Below the pieces are notes generated by a model that worked only from the letters and a program-made list of their open reading frames with translations, made no database searches and was not told the DNA's origin. From positions 16,512,552 through 16,547,495 of the forward strand of contig NC_068997.1 of the NCBI RefSeq assembly GCF_001194135.2: a stretch of 34,944 nucleotides of DNA, read 5' to 3'. How positions within the stretch are numbered: the stretch's first letter is position 1; each line of letters starts with the position of its first letter. Positions 11,631 through 22,436 of this stretch are shown here, in pieces. The position numbers and the translations under genes were made by a program. The stretch comes from Octopus bimaculoides (Eukaryota).

Positions 11631-12028
11631 GTGTGTGAATAATTGCGCCAGCTCAACGCCGCATGCAGCTGGTATAACAGAGGGTCTCACAGACTGATAT
11701 ACGTAATATCTGCGCCAAGTTAAAATAGTTTCGATTGTAACCAAGGAAAAAGTTCTCCAGGTAAAAACAAAGATCCAATTTGTCAGTGACTTCAATTACA
11801 GATCACATTTAACTAATTAGTAATTTTGAGCTATGTTAGGCTAGGGAAGTTAATTAGTGTGGTTCACTTTTTTTTTGAGATTCTTAGATCTCAGATTTTA
11901 AAGAATGTTTCCACAAGAATACAGGCCTAGTTGCACTATAGAAAAAAACAAAACAAAACAAATGTCTGATCCCACCACCCACATATATATAATATATTTA
12001 TATATGTATATGTATGTATATGTGTGTG

Positions 12029-12071
<43 letters not shown>

Positions 12072-12934
12072 GTAAAAATATATATACATACGTATATATA
12101 TATATGTCTATATAAATACACATACATGTATGCATACATATGTGTGCATGTATGCATATATTTAAAGGCATGTGTGTATGTATTTTTATATACATAAACA
12201 CATTTATTCATACATGTATAATACACACATACACACACACACGCATACACATACAGACATATGTATTCACACATATACACTTTATATTTATATAAATATA
12301 TATTCCCTGTAGTTGTAAAATTTCGATGTTTCAGATTTTTACTCCCTCCAGGTTTTCGTGTCGAAGTCAGACATTTTTTTTTAAAATTAAGGAGTTGTTT
12401 TATTTTTAGCAATTACAGTATTTAATTTAGGTTCATTAAACAGAATAATTGATTGAAATAACCATATCTTAAATATCACGCAAAACTTATACCATATAAG
12501 GTCATAATTAAAATAAGGAACCGGAAGTGTTAATATGCACTCACAAATACACAGATACACGCAGTTGTAGATAGAAATACATGTATATATGCACATNNNN
12601 NNNNNNNNNNNNNNNNNNNNNNNNNNNNNNNNNNNNNNNNNNNNNNNNNNNNNNNNNNNNNNNNNNNNNNNNNNNNNNNNNNNNNNNNNNNNNNNNNNNN
12701 NNNNNNNNNNNNNNNNNNNNNNNNNNNNNNNNNNNNNNNNNNNNNNNNNNNNNNNNNNNNNNNNNNNNNNNNNNNNNNNNNNNNNNNNNNNNNNNNNNNN
12801 NNNNNNNNNNNNNNNNNNNNNNNNNNNNNNNNNNNNNNNNNNNNNNNNNNNNNNNNNNNNNNNNNNNNNNNNNNNNNNNNNNNNNNNNNNNNNNNNNNNN
12901 NNNNNNNNNNNNNNNNTGTACATATACACATATC

Positions 12935-13120
12935 CTTTATCTTTTACTTGATTCATTCATTGGATTGCGGACATGCTGGAGCAGCGTTTTTGAAAAAAAT
13001 AAGTCGATCTAATCGACCACGTTATATATTTTCAAGTCTGTTGTTACTTATTTTATCGGTCTTTGAAAAGGGGACGTAAATAAACATCACCGTTTGTCAA
13101 GCGGTGTTGGATGACTAATA
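12935..13120 (-). mobile_element. Diverged SINE family A tail
   Basis: tggattgcggacatgctggagcagcg...gggacgtaaataaacatcaccgtttgtcaagcggtg. Confidence 0.75.
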
Positions 13121-13198
13121 CACACAACCACAAATACACAAAATCGTATATACATGTATATGTGTATATATTTATATATGTATATATAGATATGTAAA

Positions 13199-13238
13199 TA
13201 GGCGCAGGCGTGGGTGTATTGGTAAGAAGCTCGCTTCC
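13199..13238 (+). mobile_element. Isolated SINE family A head
   Basis: taggcgcaggcgtgggtgtattggtaagaagctcgcttcc, cut off abruptly by the next element. Confidence 0.75.
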
Positions 13239-13239
13239 G

Positions 13240-14000
13240 GTTACTACGCATGCGTTGATTCAGTTGCTGGTTTGTTGTTTTTGAGAGTCGGATAGGATTT
13301 TTGTGCTGCTTGGCAGCGGTTTAGAGAAAGTGTATTCAGACATTAGCAGGTCTGAATTGTCTTCAGCGGAGGAGGAGGAGGAGCTGGTGAAGGCGGCGAG
13401 AAGAATGGACGGAATATTGGAGTTTTTCTGAGGCGGCGGAGGTGAAGAGAAAGGATGTAGACCTGGCTGGACTACAGGAATATGGAAAAATGACGCAGGG
13501 GGTGGGCGGTGACGTGATGTTGTCGACGTGAAGTTGTCAACGTGAAGTTGTCAACGTGAAGTTGTCAACGTGAAGTTGTCAACGTGAAGTTGTCGACGCT
13601 GAAGAACAAAAACGCTGGACAGGTGGAAGCGGAAATAATAGAAAAAGGGCTAAGGAAACAGTCGAACCAAATAATGTACATACCCAAAGGATGTAAATAC
13701 AATCTTGGATGAAAGACTTCCAAGATAAGGGTGGAAGCAATCCCACCTGATATAGAAGGAGCATAAAAGTTCATAGTTCAACTTTTCGAAGTTATAGAAA
13801 CAAGAACAAAAGTCCTTAGGTGCAATCCTGCGTAGATCCATGTGGGTTAAAATCCTGATCTAGTAAGCATACAGAGAAAAACGATGCGAACATATCAACG
13901 TTCAATAACAGAATGGTAGCGGAGGTGGCTATTAAGTGGTAAAAGTAAAGAAAAGAAAATAAATAGAAAAATAGAGTGAGGGGGAGGGTGGAATTTAAGG
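13240..14000 (+). mobile_element. Probable decayed LINE 5' end / ORF1 remnant
   Basis: Purine-rich with broken frames (LEKVYSDISRSELSSAEEEEELVKAARR; KTSKIRVEAIPPDIEG, like the RRM-type ORF1 pattern V.V..IPP.I). Clade not assignable. Confidence 0.35.
13519..13603. repeat. 14-bp minisatellite GTTGTCAACGTGAA x6
   Basis: Four perfect central units and two variant flanking units (GTTGTCGACG...). Confidence 0.95.
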
Positions 14001-14167
14001 ATTGGCTTTAGGATAAAGTAAGGTGTATAGGTGTAAGGAAATCTGCAATGGCTCCAGAACTGCCGTCTCGGCTTTAATCTTGGAGCCCCAGTAATCCGTT
14101 ACAGCACTTACACAGCGTACCTAAACGTTTAGATCACCTGTGAACTAAACTCCCATACTTTGTGTGT

Positions 14168-14213
<46 letters not shown>

Positions 14214-14240
14214 GGATAGATAGATAGATCGATAGATAAA
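14168..14240. repeat. (GATA)n microsatellite
   Basis: Directly visible. Confidence 0.95.
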
Positions 14241-14534
14241 TATAAATATACGTATACATGCACTCATACACACATAAATGTGTTTGTATGTATATGTATA
14301 ATTTTCCAAATACATTAGTGTTTCCTTTTTGAAAAGCCTGCCAAAGGGCCCAACAGAAAAATCTAGAACGATATCGTAATATAATATATCATGTAGTAGG
14401 TGGCATGACAACAGATAATCGACAGAGATATACGTTTAAAAATAATTACATTTGTATATCGTTCTTTCGGTTTACGAGATATAATTACATTTTTGGCAGA
14501 CATATATGCATAAATATATGTTCATAGATTTTAC

Positions 14535-14547
14535 CTGCGTCACCAGG
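14535..14547 (-). CDS. Candidate 13-nt micro-exon CCTGGTGACGCAG
   Basis: About 50-nt T-rich tract ending ttttttttcttgtag| and donor CAG|gtaaaa. Open as phase 2->0 (LVTQ) or 0->1 (PGDA). Confidence 0.3.
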
Positions 14548-14915
14548 CTACAAGAAAAAAAAACAACAAAAAAACAATAAAAAATAAAAAAATAGAAAAA
14601 AAAAATAAAGCAGTATTCAAAACTTGACTTTGCCTGAGGAATTTTATGAACCATGCCAAAATGTCATGTAATTCTGATTCCATCTTTTGAGATTTAAAAA
14701 AAAAGAATCTTTGCATCAAAGTGCTCCTCAATATTTTTAGAATTAATTACTAAAATACAGAATGGAAGTTATATAACAATAAATATTTTTCAAGTACAAC
14801 AAACTGCACGAAAACGCCCTGATACCTAAACCAGAATATTTCATTTTTGTATCTGGTTTGAAACTTGATGTGAATTCATGTGTTGAAGCAGATTCTGCTG
14901 TATCTCGGGACGGAC

Positions 14916-15318
14916 TTTTTTTTTTTGTTTTTGTTGGCACTCTGTTGGTTACGACGACGAGGGTTCCAATTGATCCAATCAACGGAACAGCCTGCTCGTG
15001 AAATTAACGTGCAAGTGGCTGAGTACTCCACAGACACGTGTACCCTTAACGTAGTTCTCGGGGGGAGATTCAGCGTGACACAGAGTGTGATTAGGCTGAC
15101 CCTTTGAATTACAGGCACAACAGAAACAGGAAGAAAGAGTGAGAGAAAGTTGTGGTGAAAGAGTACAGCAGGGTGCACCACCATCCCCTGCCGGAGCCTC
15201 GTGGAGCTATAGGTGTTCTCGCTCAATAAACACTCACAATGCCCGGTCTAGGAATAGAAACCGCGATCCTAAGACCGCGAGTCCGCTGCCCTAACCACTG
15301 GGCCATTGCACCTCCACC
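14916..15318 (-). mobile_element. tRNA-derived SINE family C, full length, with 12-bp TSD
   Basis: Head ggtggaggtgcaatggcccagtggttagggcagcggactc (A-box) and A-rich tail. Flanking direct repeats CTCGGGACGGAC (14904-14915) and CTCGGGACGGTC (15319-15330). Confidence 0.9.
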
Positions 15319-15380
15319 CTCGGGACGGTCATTATGCCAATAATAAGCACATTCATTGGTTCTGTTTTACTTCTTATTAT

Positions 15381-15532
15381 TAGGCGCATGCGTGGTTGTA
15401 TGGTAAGAATCATATGGTTCCACGATTAGTTCTACTGTGTAACACCATGGACAAATGTCTTCTACGATAGCATGGCCCGATCTAAGCCTTGTGGGTGGAT
15501 TGTTTAGACAGATTTTGAAAGAAGTCCGTCGT

Positions 15533-15590
<58 letters not shown>

Positions 15591-15735
15591 TTATATGTAT
15601 ATATGTATGTATGTGTATGTATGTCCGTGTCTCTCACCACCGCTTGACAACCGGTTTTGGTGTGTTTACGTCCACGTAACTTAGCGGCTTGACAAAACCG
15701 ACCAATAGAATAAGTATCAGGCTTGAAAAAAAAAG
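15381..15735 (+). mobile_element. Diverged SINE family A
   Basis: taggcgcatgcgtggttgtatggtaagaa head, (CA)n middle, ccgcttgacaaccgg...gaataagtatcaggctt. Confidence 0.8.
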
Positions 15736-16084
15736 AAAGATTGTTTGATTAATCAGCTAGGTTTGTCAGTCATTTCGATGCCATGCACAACCTCATCAAT
15801 GATATATCCTTTCTACTCCAACTTTATGCTAATTAATTTGTTGTCTGCTCTTCGATGTATGCATGTATGTATGTATGTATGTACGTATGTACGTATGTAT
15901 GTATGTATGTATGCATGTGTGTATGTATAATATATATATACTGCGGTGAATGTAATCAATTAGTGCCTCTACCACCAAAATAATTTCAAGCCTTGTGTCT
16001 ATCGTAAAAAAGGACTATCTTAAATAAAAAATAAATAAAAATAAAAAATAAATGAAAATAAAAAGATTAGCCTCCAGCTTAGTG

Positions 16085-16170
16085 CATTAAATCCTCTCTA
16101 ATATAGGCACAAGGCCTGACATTTTGGAGGTGGGGAAGTCGATTACATCGACTCCAATACTCAACCAATT
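16085..16170 (-). mobile_element. SINE family B-like tail fragment
   Basis: aggcacaaggcctgacattttggagg...gtcgattacatcgactcc; the gtcgattacatcgac motif is shared with 22624-22640. Confidence 0.6.
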
Positions 16171-16969
16171 CTAACTAATTGGTTGTTAATAATAAAAGAA
16201 GTGCAAAAGAACCTCTGCTTCTGTTTATTATTGGCCTTACGACCCTCCCGAGGTGCAACAAAATCATAAACCATAGCTATACTATAATATTTGTTTATAC
16301 TTAAAAAAAAATTATTATTTTACTAATCTGTATGCTTATTCATTTTATTTTTGTATGTAACAGCTTGTTTGCTTTTATTTTTAACATTGTTGAATTCTAT
16401 CATGTTACTTAATGCCAGCGCAGATGATCAGCTGATAGGCAGCAAGACTGCGCGTTAATCGATGCGAAAGGCCAGCAAAAATTTAACATGTTCTGCTTGA
16501 GAAAGCTTATTGCTTACTTAAACAGCTCATAATGTTGCTGTTGTTATCTTCATGTTGTTGTCTTCGCGGTTGTTGTTGTTGTTATTTTTTGTTGTCATCA
16601 TTTATAGCTATAATGGTTGCTTTGTCCTCATAATCATTACTGCAGTGGAGCGGCAGAAAAAATATATATTCTGTACCCAATAAATGCCTACCAGTGTATA
16701 AAAAAAGTTGTCTTTGTCCTTTCGACTTCTGGCTAATGTACCAATCAACTACTCGTTTCTGTTTAAAGCAAGTTCAACTCTCAACGAGCAAACCTATCCG
16801 TGAAGGGCTTTTCCAAACACGACCAACTAATCTTATGTTTTCCTACATAGATTATATATCTAGGGCAACGTTATTCAACGTGTCCTTCACAGAACACAAG
16901 CGTTCTGTAATCTACTCCATACTATCTCTTTTTGCAACTGTTAACTTTCAATAATTTAAACAACTTTAG

Positions 16970-17026
16970 CGCCTTCAGTCTGCAAAAGCTAAGGAAACTC
17001 ACTACTCCTTCCTCGAGAACCAGCAA
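16970..17026 (+). CDS. Candidate 57-nt exon RLQSAKAKETHYSFLENQQ
   Basis: Acceptor caactttag| and donor CAA|gtgaaa; open in phase 0. An alternative phase-2 reading ends in TGA. Confidence 0.2.
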
Positions 17027-17408
17027 GTGAAATGAAAACTGTTTTGTCTTATTGATAATTTCTCTTTTCACGCTTTACCCCTCTTAGCTTTCCTTGATGA
17101 AGGATAATTATCCGACACGTTTTACGCTTCTTATTTCTTATGTCCTCCTTTCAGAGCTGAGCTTTATTATCACTTTTCGTATTCACTAAGTTTCGTTCCG
17201 TATTTTATCGTCACCGAGCCAACTTAGAGTCTAGGTAACCCCAGGATAAAAGAGGCTATGTAATTCGGACCAGCATGTTTGAAGAACCGTCATTGTTGTT
17301 TGGAGGCAATACCTGTGCGAAACCGATGGTACTATTCAGACCAGTTATATATCATAACCAGTAATATATTGCTTGGTAATATTAAATATCTGAATTATGG
17401 ACAAGTGG

Positions 17409-17457
<49 letters not shown>

Positions 17458-17894
17458 CAGCCATCCATCTATATTTGTTCAAAATTATTCTAGCTATGTT
17501 CATCACACGTGTTATTTTTTAAATCCATAGACATGTCAATCAAGGACTACATCATCCAATATGTTATTCCTTAATTTAAAAAACAAAATGTTGGGCGAGG
17601 GGTGTGATTTAACGAAGAGCTGCTTGTTGTTTCTAGCACGAAGACGAACAACGTAGAGGCTGTTTCATTATCTGGTTAATACACGGTTTAACTAGATTTT
17701 CATTACCGCTGTGTTTATACACAGGAAACATGGTTAGATGGTCAGGTAGTTGTGAGGTTAGCGGTGGGGGTTGGGGACAGTAAATAGTGTCGGCTGTTTC
17801 TATAGTAATGTTGGGCGTAAAGGGGGTATGGGTGAGGTGGTGAAGTCGCTCTAATTAAGGGCGATGTGGTTGCCCCTATATTCTGCCTTGTATA

Positions 17895-17908
17895 AGGTCA
17901 GAAGGTCA
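17895..17908 (+). promoter_or_regulatory. Perfect nuclear-receptor DR2 element AGGTCA-GA-AGGTCA
   Basis: Exact sequence match, with an AT-rich 5' flank (TGTATA). Confidence 0.4.
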
Positions 17909-18365
17909 ACAAACCAGTTTTTGGAGGCCAACGCGAGGATTCTTTCCTTGCCAACGAAATCTCACGCGTCAACACATCAACTTAAACATCAAGACAATTC
18001 GCGCATGCGAACGCACACACACGTGTACATACATATACATGCATAAACATATTTGCAAACACACACATGTGCGCGCGCGCGCACACACACGTTCGAGTAC
18101 ACACACGCACTCAAATACATTGATTAGAAGAAAAAACCCTAAACAGAAACACAGACATACACATACACACACACGCAAACACGCATATACATAGGCGCGT
18201 AAGCAAACATTACATATACGCTAACGTAGACAAACACACATACACACACACACATGTATAGACATACACAAACACATGCATAAACATATATATGCACGCA
18301 CACGTGTGCTTAAACACAACATAGATTAAAAAAACGTTATTATCCATCATATACAATAACAAAAG

Positions 18366-18408
<43 letters not shown>

Positions 18409-18487
18409 CACATCCACATATAAACAAGATTAAATACAAGCATACAAAATAATATAAACTCTAACGCTTTTGTATTTGTTTTGTAAG

Positions 18488-18727
18488 ATTCCTGATGTGA
18501 AATCCTGTGCTGAAACAGATATTGTTATATTTCGGGACGGTCATTCTTTTTCTTGCTAAGTAAACACACGCACTGTATATTCGTTCTTCACTCGCTTATT
18601 ATTGTTCTTATTTTATCTTATGTCCATTGTATGGAAATCCTTCGTCACACACCAGCGACCTCTTCACCGACTCTTCCCATCCGCGTGTCTCCTATTCTAT
18701 TGAGTCCATTTTCTAATAAACTCTGAG

Positions 18728-18730
<3 letters not shown>
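18488..18730 (+). mobile_element. Unclassified interspersed repeat (second copy split by SINE C at 14860-15350)
   Basis: tgatgtgaaatcctgtgctgaaacagatattgttatatttcgggacggtcatt aligns with tgatgtgaattcatgtgttgaagcagattctgctgtatctcgggacgg|tcatt. Confidence 0.6.
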
Positions 18731-18775
<45 letters not shown>

Positions 18776-18826
18776 GCGTCACATACACGCACACACACAC
18801 GCACGCAATCACCCTTGAATGAATAT

Positions 18827-19680
18827 ATAGGCGCAGTCGTCGCTGTGGTAAGAAACTTGCTTCTCAACCACATGGTTCCGGGTTCAGTCCCACTCTGTGA
18901 CACCTTGGGCAAGTGTCTTCTACTAACTAGAGCCTCNNNNNNNNNNNNNNNNNNNNNNNNNNNNNNNNNNNNNNNNNNNNNNNNNNNNNNNNNNNNNNNN
19001 NNNNNNNNNNNNNNNNNNNNNNNNNNNNNNNNNNNNNNNNNNNNNNNNNNNNNNNNNNNNNNNNNNNNNNNNNNNNNNNNNNNNNNNNNNNNNNNNNNNN
19101 NNNNNNNNNNNNNNNNNNNNNNNNNNNNNNNNNNNNNNNNNNNNNNNNNNNNNNNNNNNNNNNNNNNNNNNNNNNNNNNNNNNNNNNNNNNNNNNNNNNN
19201 NNNNNNNNNNNNNNNNNNNNNNNNNNNNNNNNNNNNNNNNNNNNNNNNNNNNNNNNNNNNNNNNNNNNNNNNNNNNNNNNNNNNNNNNNNNNNNNNNNNN
19301 NNNNNNNNNNNNNNNNNNNNNNNNNNNNNNNNNNNNNNNNNNNNNNNNNNNNNNNNNNNNNNNNNNNNNNNNNNNNNNNNNNNNNNNNNNNNNNNNNNNN
19401 NNNNNNNNNNNNNNNNNNNNNNNNNNNNNNNNNNNNNNNNNNNNNNNNNNNNNNNNNNNNNNNNNNNNNNNNNNNNNNNNNNNNNNNNNNNNNNNNNNNN
19501 NNNNNNNNNNNNNNNNNNNNNNNNNNNNNNNNNNNNNNNNNNCCCCCCGCTTATCAACAAATATGTAATGGGCTTAGAAAGAATAAGTCAGGGCTCGATT
19601 TGTTCGACTAAAAACACTTTAAACCTGTGCTACAGCATGGCCGCTGTCAAATGACTGAAACAAAAGACTAAAAGCAGAAA
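18827..19680 (+). mobile_element. SINE family A spanning a gap
   Basis: Head at 18827-18936 and tail at 19570-19680. Confidence 0.8.
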
Positions 19681-19704
19681 AGAATCCTGAGGCTATAAAA
19701 AAAG

Positions 19705-19790
19705 TTACTTACCTAAGGTGTCACGCAATGTGACTGAACCTGCAACCATGTCTTTGCAATGCGAACTTCTTACCACACGGCCATGCCTGA
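19705..19790 (-). mobile_element. SINE family A head fragment
   Basis: cctaaggtgtcacgcaatgtgactgaacc...cttcttaccacacggccatgcctg. Confidence 0.75.
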
Positions 19791-19833
19791 AAGGGAAAAA
19801 AAGCGATGTCTGAAAGACTGCTATAGTTTAATT

Positions 19834-20004
19834 CAGTCATAGGCAACCTGCGGCCAGCGAGACACTCTCAATGGCAGACCTTACGAAAAATTACTTTGAG
19901 ATGTTTAGTGTTTCATCTGATGGTGAGCTATATTACGTGCGGCCCGCGAGATGATGAACTATGTCTCATGCGGCCCGCTTCTCAGGAAAGTTTGGACAAG
20001 CTTG
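19834..20004. mobile_element. hAT (Charlie-type) MITE
   Basis: Left CAGTCATAGGCAACCTGCGGCC, right TGCGGCCCGC...AAAGTTTGGACAAGCTTG. Decayed 8-bp TSD gtttaatt/gttcagtg (5 of 8). Confidence 0.65.
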
Positions 20005-20581
20005 GTTCAGTGATATCTGAAAGTCCATTCTTCAAGAGCATGAGCTGGTATATCTACTCATGTATGTATCTAGAATATACATACATACATAAATACATAC
20101 ATACATAGAAACACACACACATATACATACATACATACATGCACACACTAGCGTTTGTATGTATTTATGCAAATGTATCATTTAGCATAGTAGAACACAC
20201 CCAAACCTTTACTAATGGTAAAATTTATTAATTATTTTAATTTGACTGGGACTTCGAGTTTAACCTTAACAGTATGAACAAGTCCCAAATAATGAGTTTG
20301 TGAGAGTGTGAACATCTATCTATCTATCTATATATATATATACATACATACACACACACAAGTCAAAAGGAAATGCTGAATATGGGAAATACATAGCAGA
20401 GCTCATTTGATTTAAACTTATACGCCGAAATCTTTATCGAGGATTTGGTCCACAGGATCAAGAGTGGCTATAAGAGCTATATTTAGTTATATCTATCCAA
20501 ATTAAATAAATGGAGTAGCATGAAACGTGCGTACTGCAATCTTTAAAATCCGTGTTGCTTATTTTGATTCATAGACATCAG

Positions 20582-20584
<3 letters not shown>

Positions 20585-20666
<82 letters not shown>

Positions 20667-20773
20667 GTGTGTGTGTATGTGAGAGTATGTGTGTTTGTCC
20701 ACATATACACAAACACGCGCGCACTCACTCACACACACATATCTACATGCACGTATGTATATGTATATGTGCG

Positions 20774-20813
<40 letters not shown>

Positions 20814-20830
20814 TGTATATATATATTCAC
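20585..20830. repeat. Long (TG)n/(CA)n field
   Basis: Directly visible. Confidence 0.95.
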
Positions 20831-21044
20831 ATAAAAGAACCCCCAAAACATAAATAAAATGAATGAACAGTAAAAGTGCCAGTCTACCATGAAAAAGAAA
20901 AAGGGATGAAAATCAATTCGAAAACATTAATTTTATCTCTTTCTGTCCCTTGAACTTTCCTAAAATTCACCACCACCACTACCACACACATTTAGACACT
21001 TACACATGCTTGTATTTTAATGGGACGTGAAGTACTGTCCAGTA

Positions 21045-21067
21045 TAAACTAGGTCATTAACGGGTCA
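21045..21067 (+). promoter_or_regulatory. Composite RORE / DR5 element TAAACT-AGGTCA-TTAAC-GGGTCA
   Basis: Exact match to the ROR/Rev-erb extended half-site WWAWNT-AGGTCA and to RGGTCA-n5-RGGTCA. Confidence 0.4.
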
Positions 21068-21205
21068 ACATTTAGCCGTTAGTAACCCATTGTTTTTAAA
21101 CCAGCTTCACGCTTCATTAAATTCAAGTTATTTCTATGACCTTCGCTATTCATTTAAAGAATGAAGCCAAATATATTTTGTTCCTCTTTAAATTTTATAT
21201 TACAG

Positions 21206-21262
21206 CTTTCACCACGGGAGACTTCCTTGATCAGCTGTCCACTGGAGATCACTACCATCCTG
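21206..21262 (+). CDS. Candidate 57-nt exon xFTTGDFLDQLSTGDHYHP
   Basis: Acceptor tttaaattttatattacag|; phase 1->1 with a weak donor CTG|gtacct. Read-through gives GTFRQHRFV* (TAG 21288-21290). Confidence 0.4.
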
Positions 21263-21293
21263 GTACCTTCCGACAACATCGTTTTGTCTAGAG

Positions 21294-21431
21294 CAGAAGT
21301 TCTCAAACAGTTTGGGCCACTACCCGCCTCATGGATCCTTAGAATACAACTGCGGGTACTCAATTTACTATTTTTGTCTCTGTGGATTCTCAAAAATCTC
21401 ATATCAGATCGACACCAGTTGAGAACCCTTG
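21294..21431. mobile_element. hAT-Charlie MITE, 138 bp
   Basis: TIRs CAGAAGTTCTCAA / TTGAGAACCCTTG. TSD gtctagag/ctctagtg fits the NTCTAGAN hAT target preference. Confidence 0.8.
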
Positions 21432-21519
21432 CTCTAGTGGCACCGTGTAGTATTGTTGCTCCCAAGGAATATTCATATCCTTTTTGCCTACTCTGTAACA
21501 CTATTAACTTTCCTTGCAG

Positions 21520-21542
21520 CCACAGTCCCAATCCGGCTATAA
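21520..21542 (+). CDS. Candidate short last exon, (A)TVPIRL*
   Basis: Strong acceptor ctattaactttccttgcag|; the phase-1 frame ends TAA at 21540-21542 and is compatible with 21206-21262. Confidence 0.3.
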
Positions 21543-21729
21543 CCGTAACCAATTAGCAATTTCTGTTTGATCACTTTTTGAGGATTTTGCTCTTTGTCTT
21601 CATTTTACTCTTATTTTCCTCTGCAATATCTAAAAAAAAAAGACCCTCTTTGGTGATGAATGACCATGGGACTGTACCTAAAAAGTTTCCCTCTTTCTAG
21701 GTTAGCATTGCACCCTGTTATAATCATTT

Positions 21730-21858
21730 CCGGATCTATTTTAAAACGGGGGCACCAGTATTTTCTTAACGAAACACTAACGAAACACTTTGAAACTTGG
21801 GACACTGGTAGAATGTGTCAGATAAAACATCTTTTACTCTTAGTCTTCTTAACAAAAA
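21730..21858 (+). mobile_element. Unclassified element terminus CCGGATCTATTTTAAAACGGGGGC
   Basis: 24 nt identical to 27045-27068; runs into a gap. Confidence 0.7.
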
Positions 21859-22436
21859 NNNNNNNNNNNNNNNNNNNNNNNNNNNNNNNNNNNNNNNNNN
21901 NNNNNNNNNNNNNNNNNNNNNNNNNNNNNNNNNNNNNNNNNNNNNNNNNNNNNNNNNNNNNNNNNNNNNNNNNNNNNNNNNNNNNNNNNNNNNNNNNNNN
22001 NNNNNNNNNNNNNNNNNNNNNNNNNNNNNNNNNNNNNNNNNNNNNNNNNNNNNNNNNNNNNNNNNNNNNNNNNNNNNNNNNNNNNNNNNNNNNNNNNNNN
22101 NNNNNNNNNNNNNNNNNNNNNNNNNNNNNNNNNNNNNNNNNNNNNNNNNNNNNNNNNNNNNNNNNNNNNNNNNNNNNNNNNNNNNNNNNNNNNNNNNNNN
22201 NNNNNNNNNNNNNNNNNNNNNNNNNNNNNNNNNNNNNNNNNNNNNNNNNNNNNNNNNNNNNNNNNNNNNNNNNNNNNNNNNNNNNNNNNNNNNNNNNNNN
22301 NNNNNNNNNNNNNNNNNNNNNNNNNNNNNNNNNNNNNNNNNNNNNNNNNNNNNNNNNNNNNNNNNNNNNNNNNNNNNNNNNNNNNNNNNNNNNNNNNNNN
22401 NNNNNNNNNNNNNNNNNNNNNNNNNNNNNNNNNNNN

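Noticed and set aside
12352-12425. Phase-1 frame after ttttactccctccag (GFRVEVRHFFLK...)
   Set aside because: It runs into T-rich intron-like sequence and has no credible donor or protein-like composition.
13519-13603. CRISPR-like array
   Set aside because: Contiguous tandem units with no spacers, in a eukaryotic context.
18490-18525. Hammerhead-like CUGAUGU...GAAAC
   Set aside because: A9 is missing and no stem II can form.
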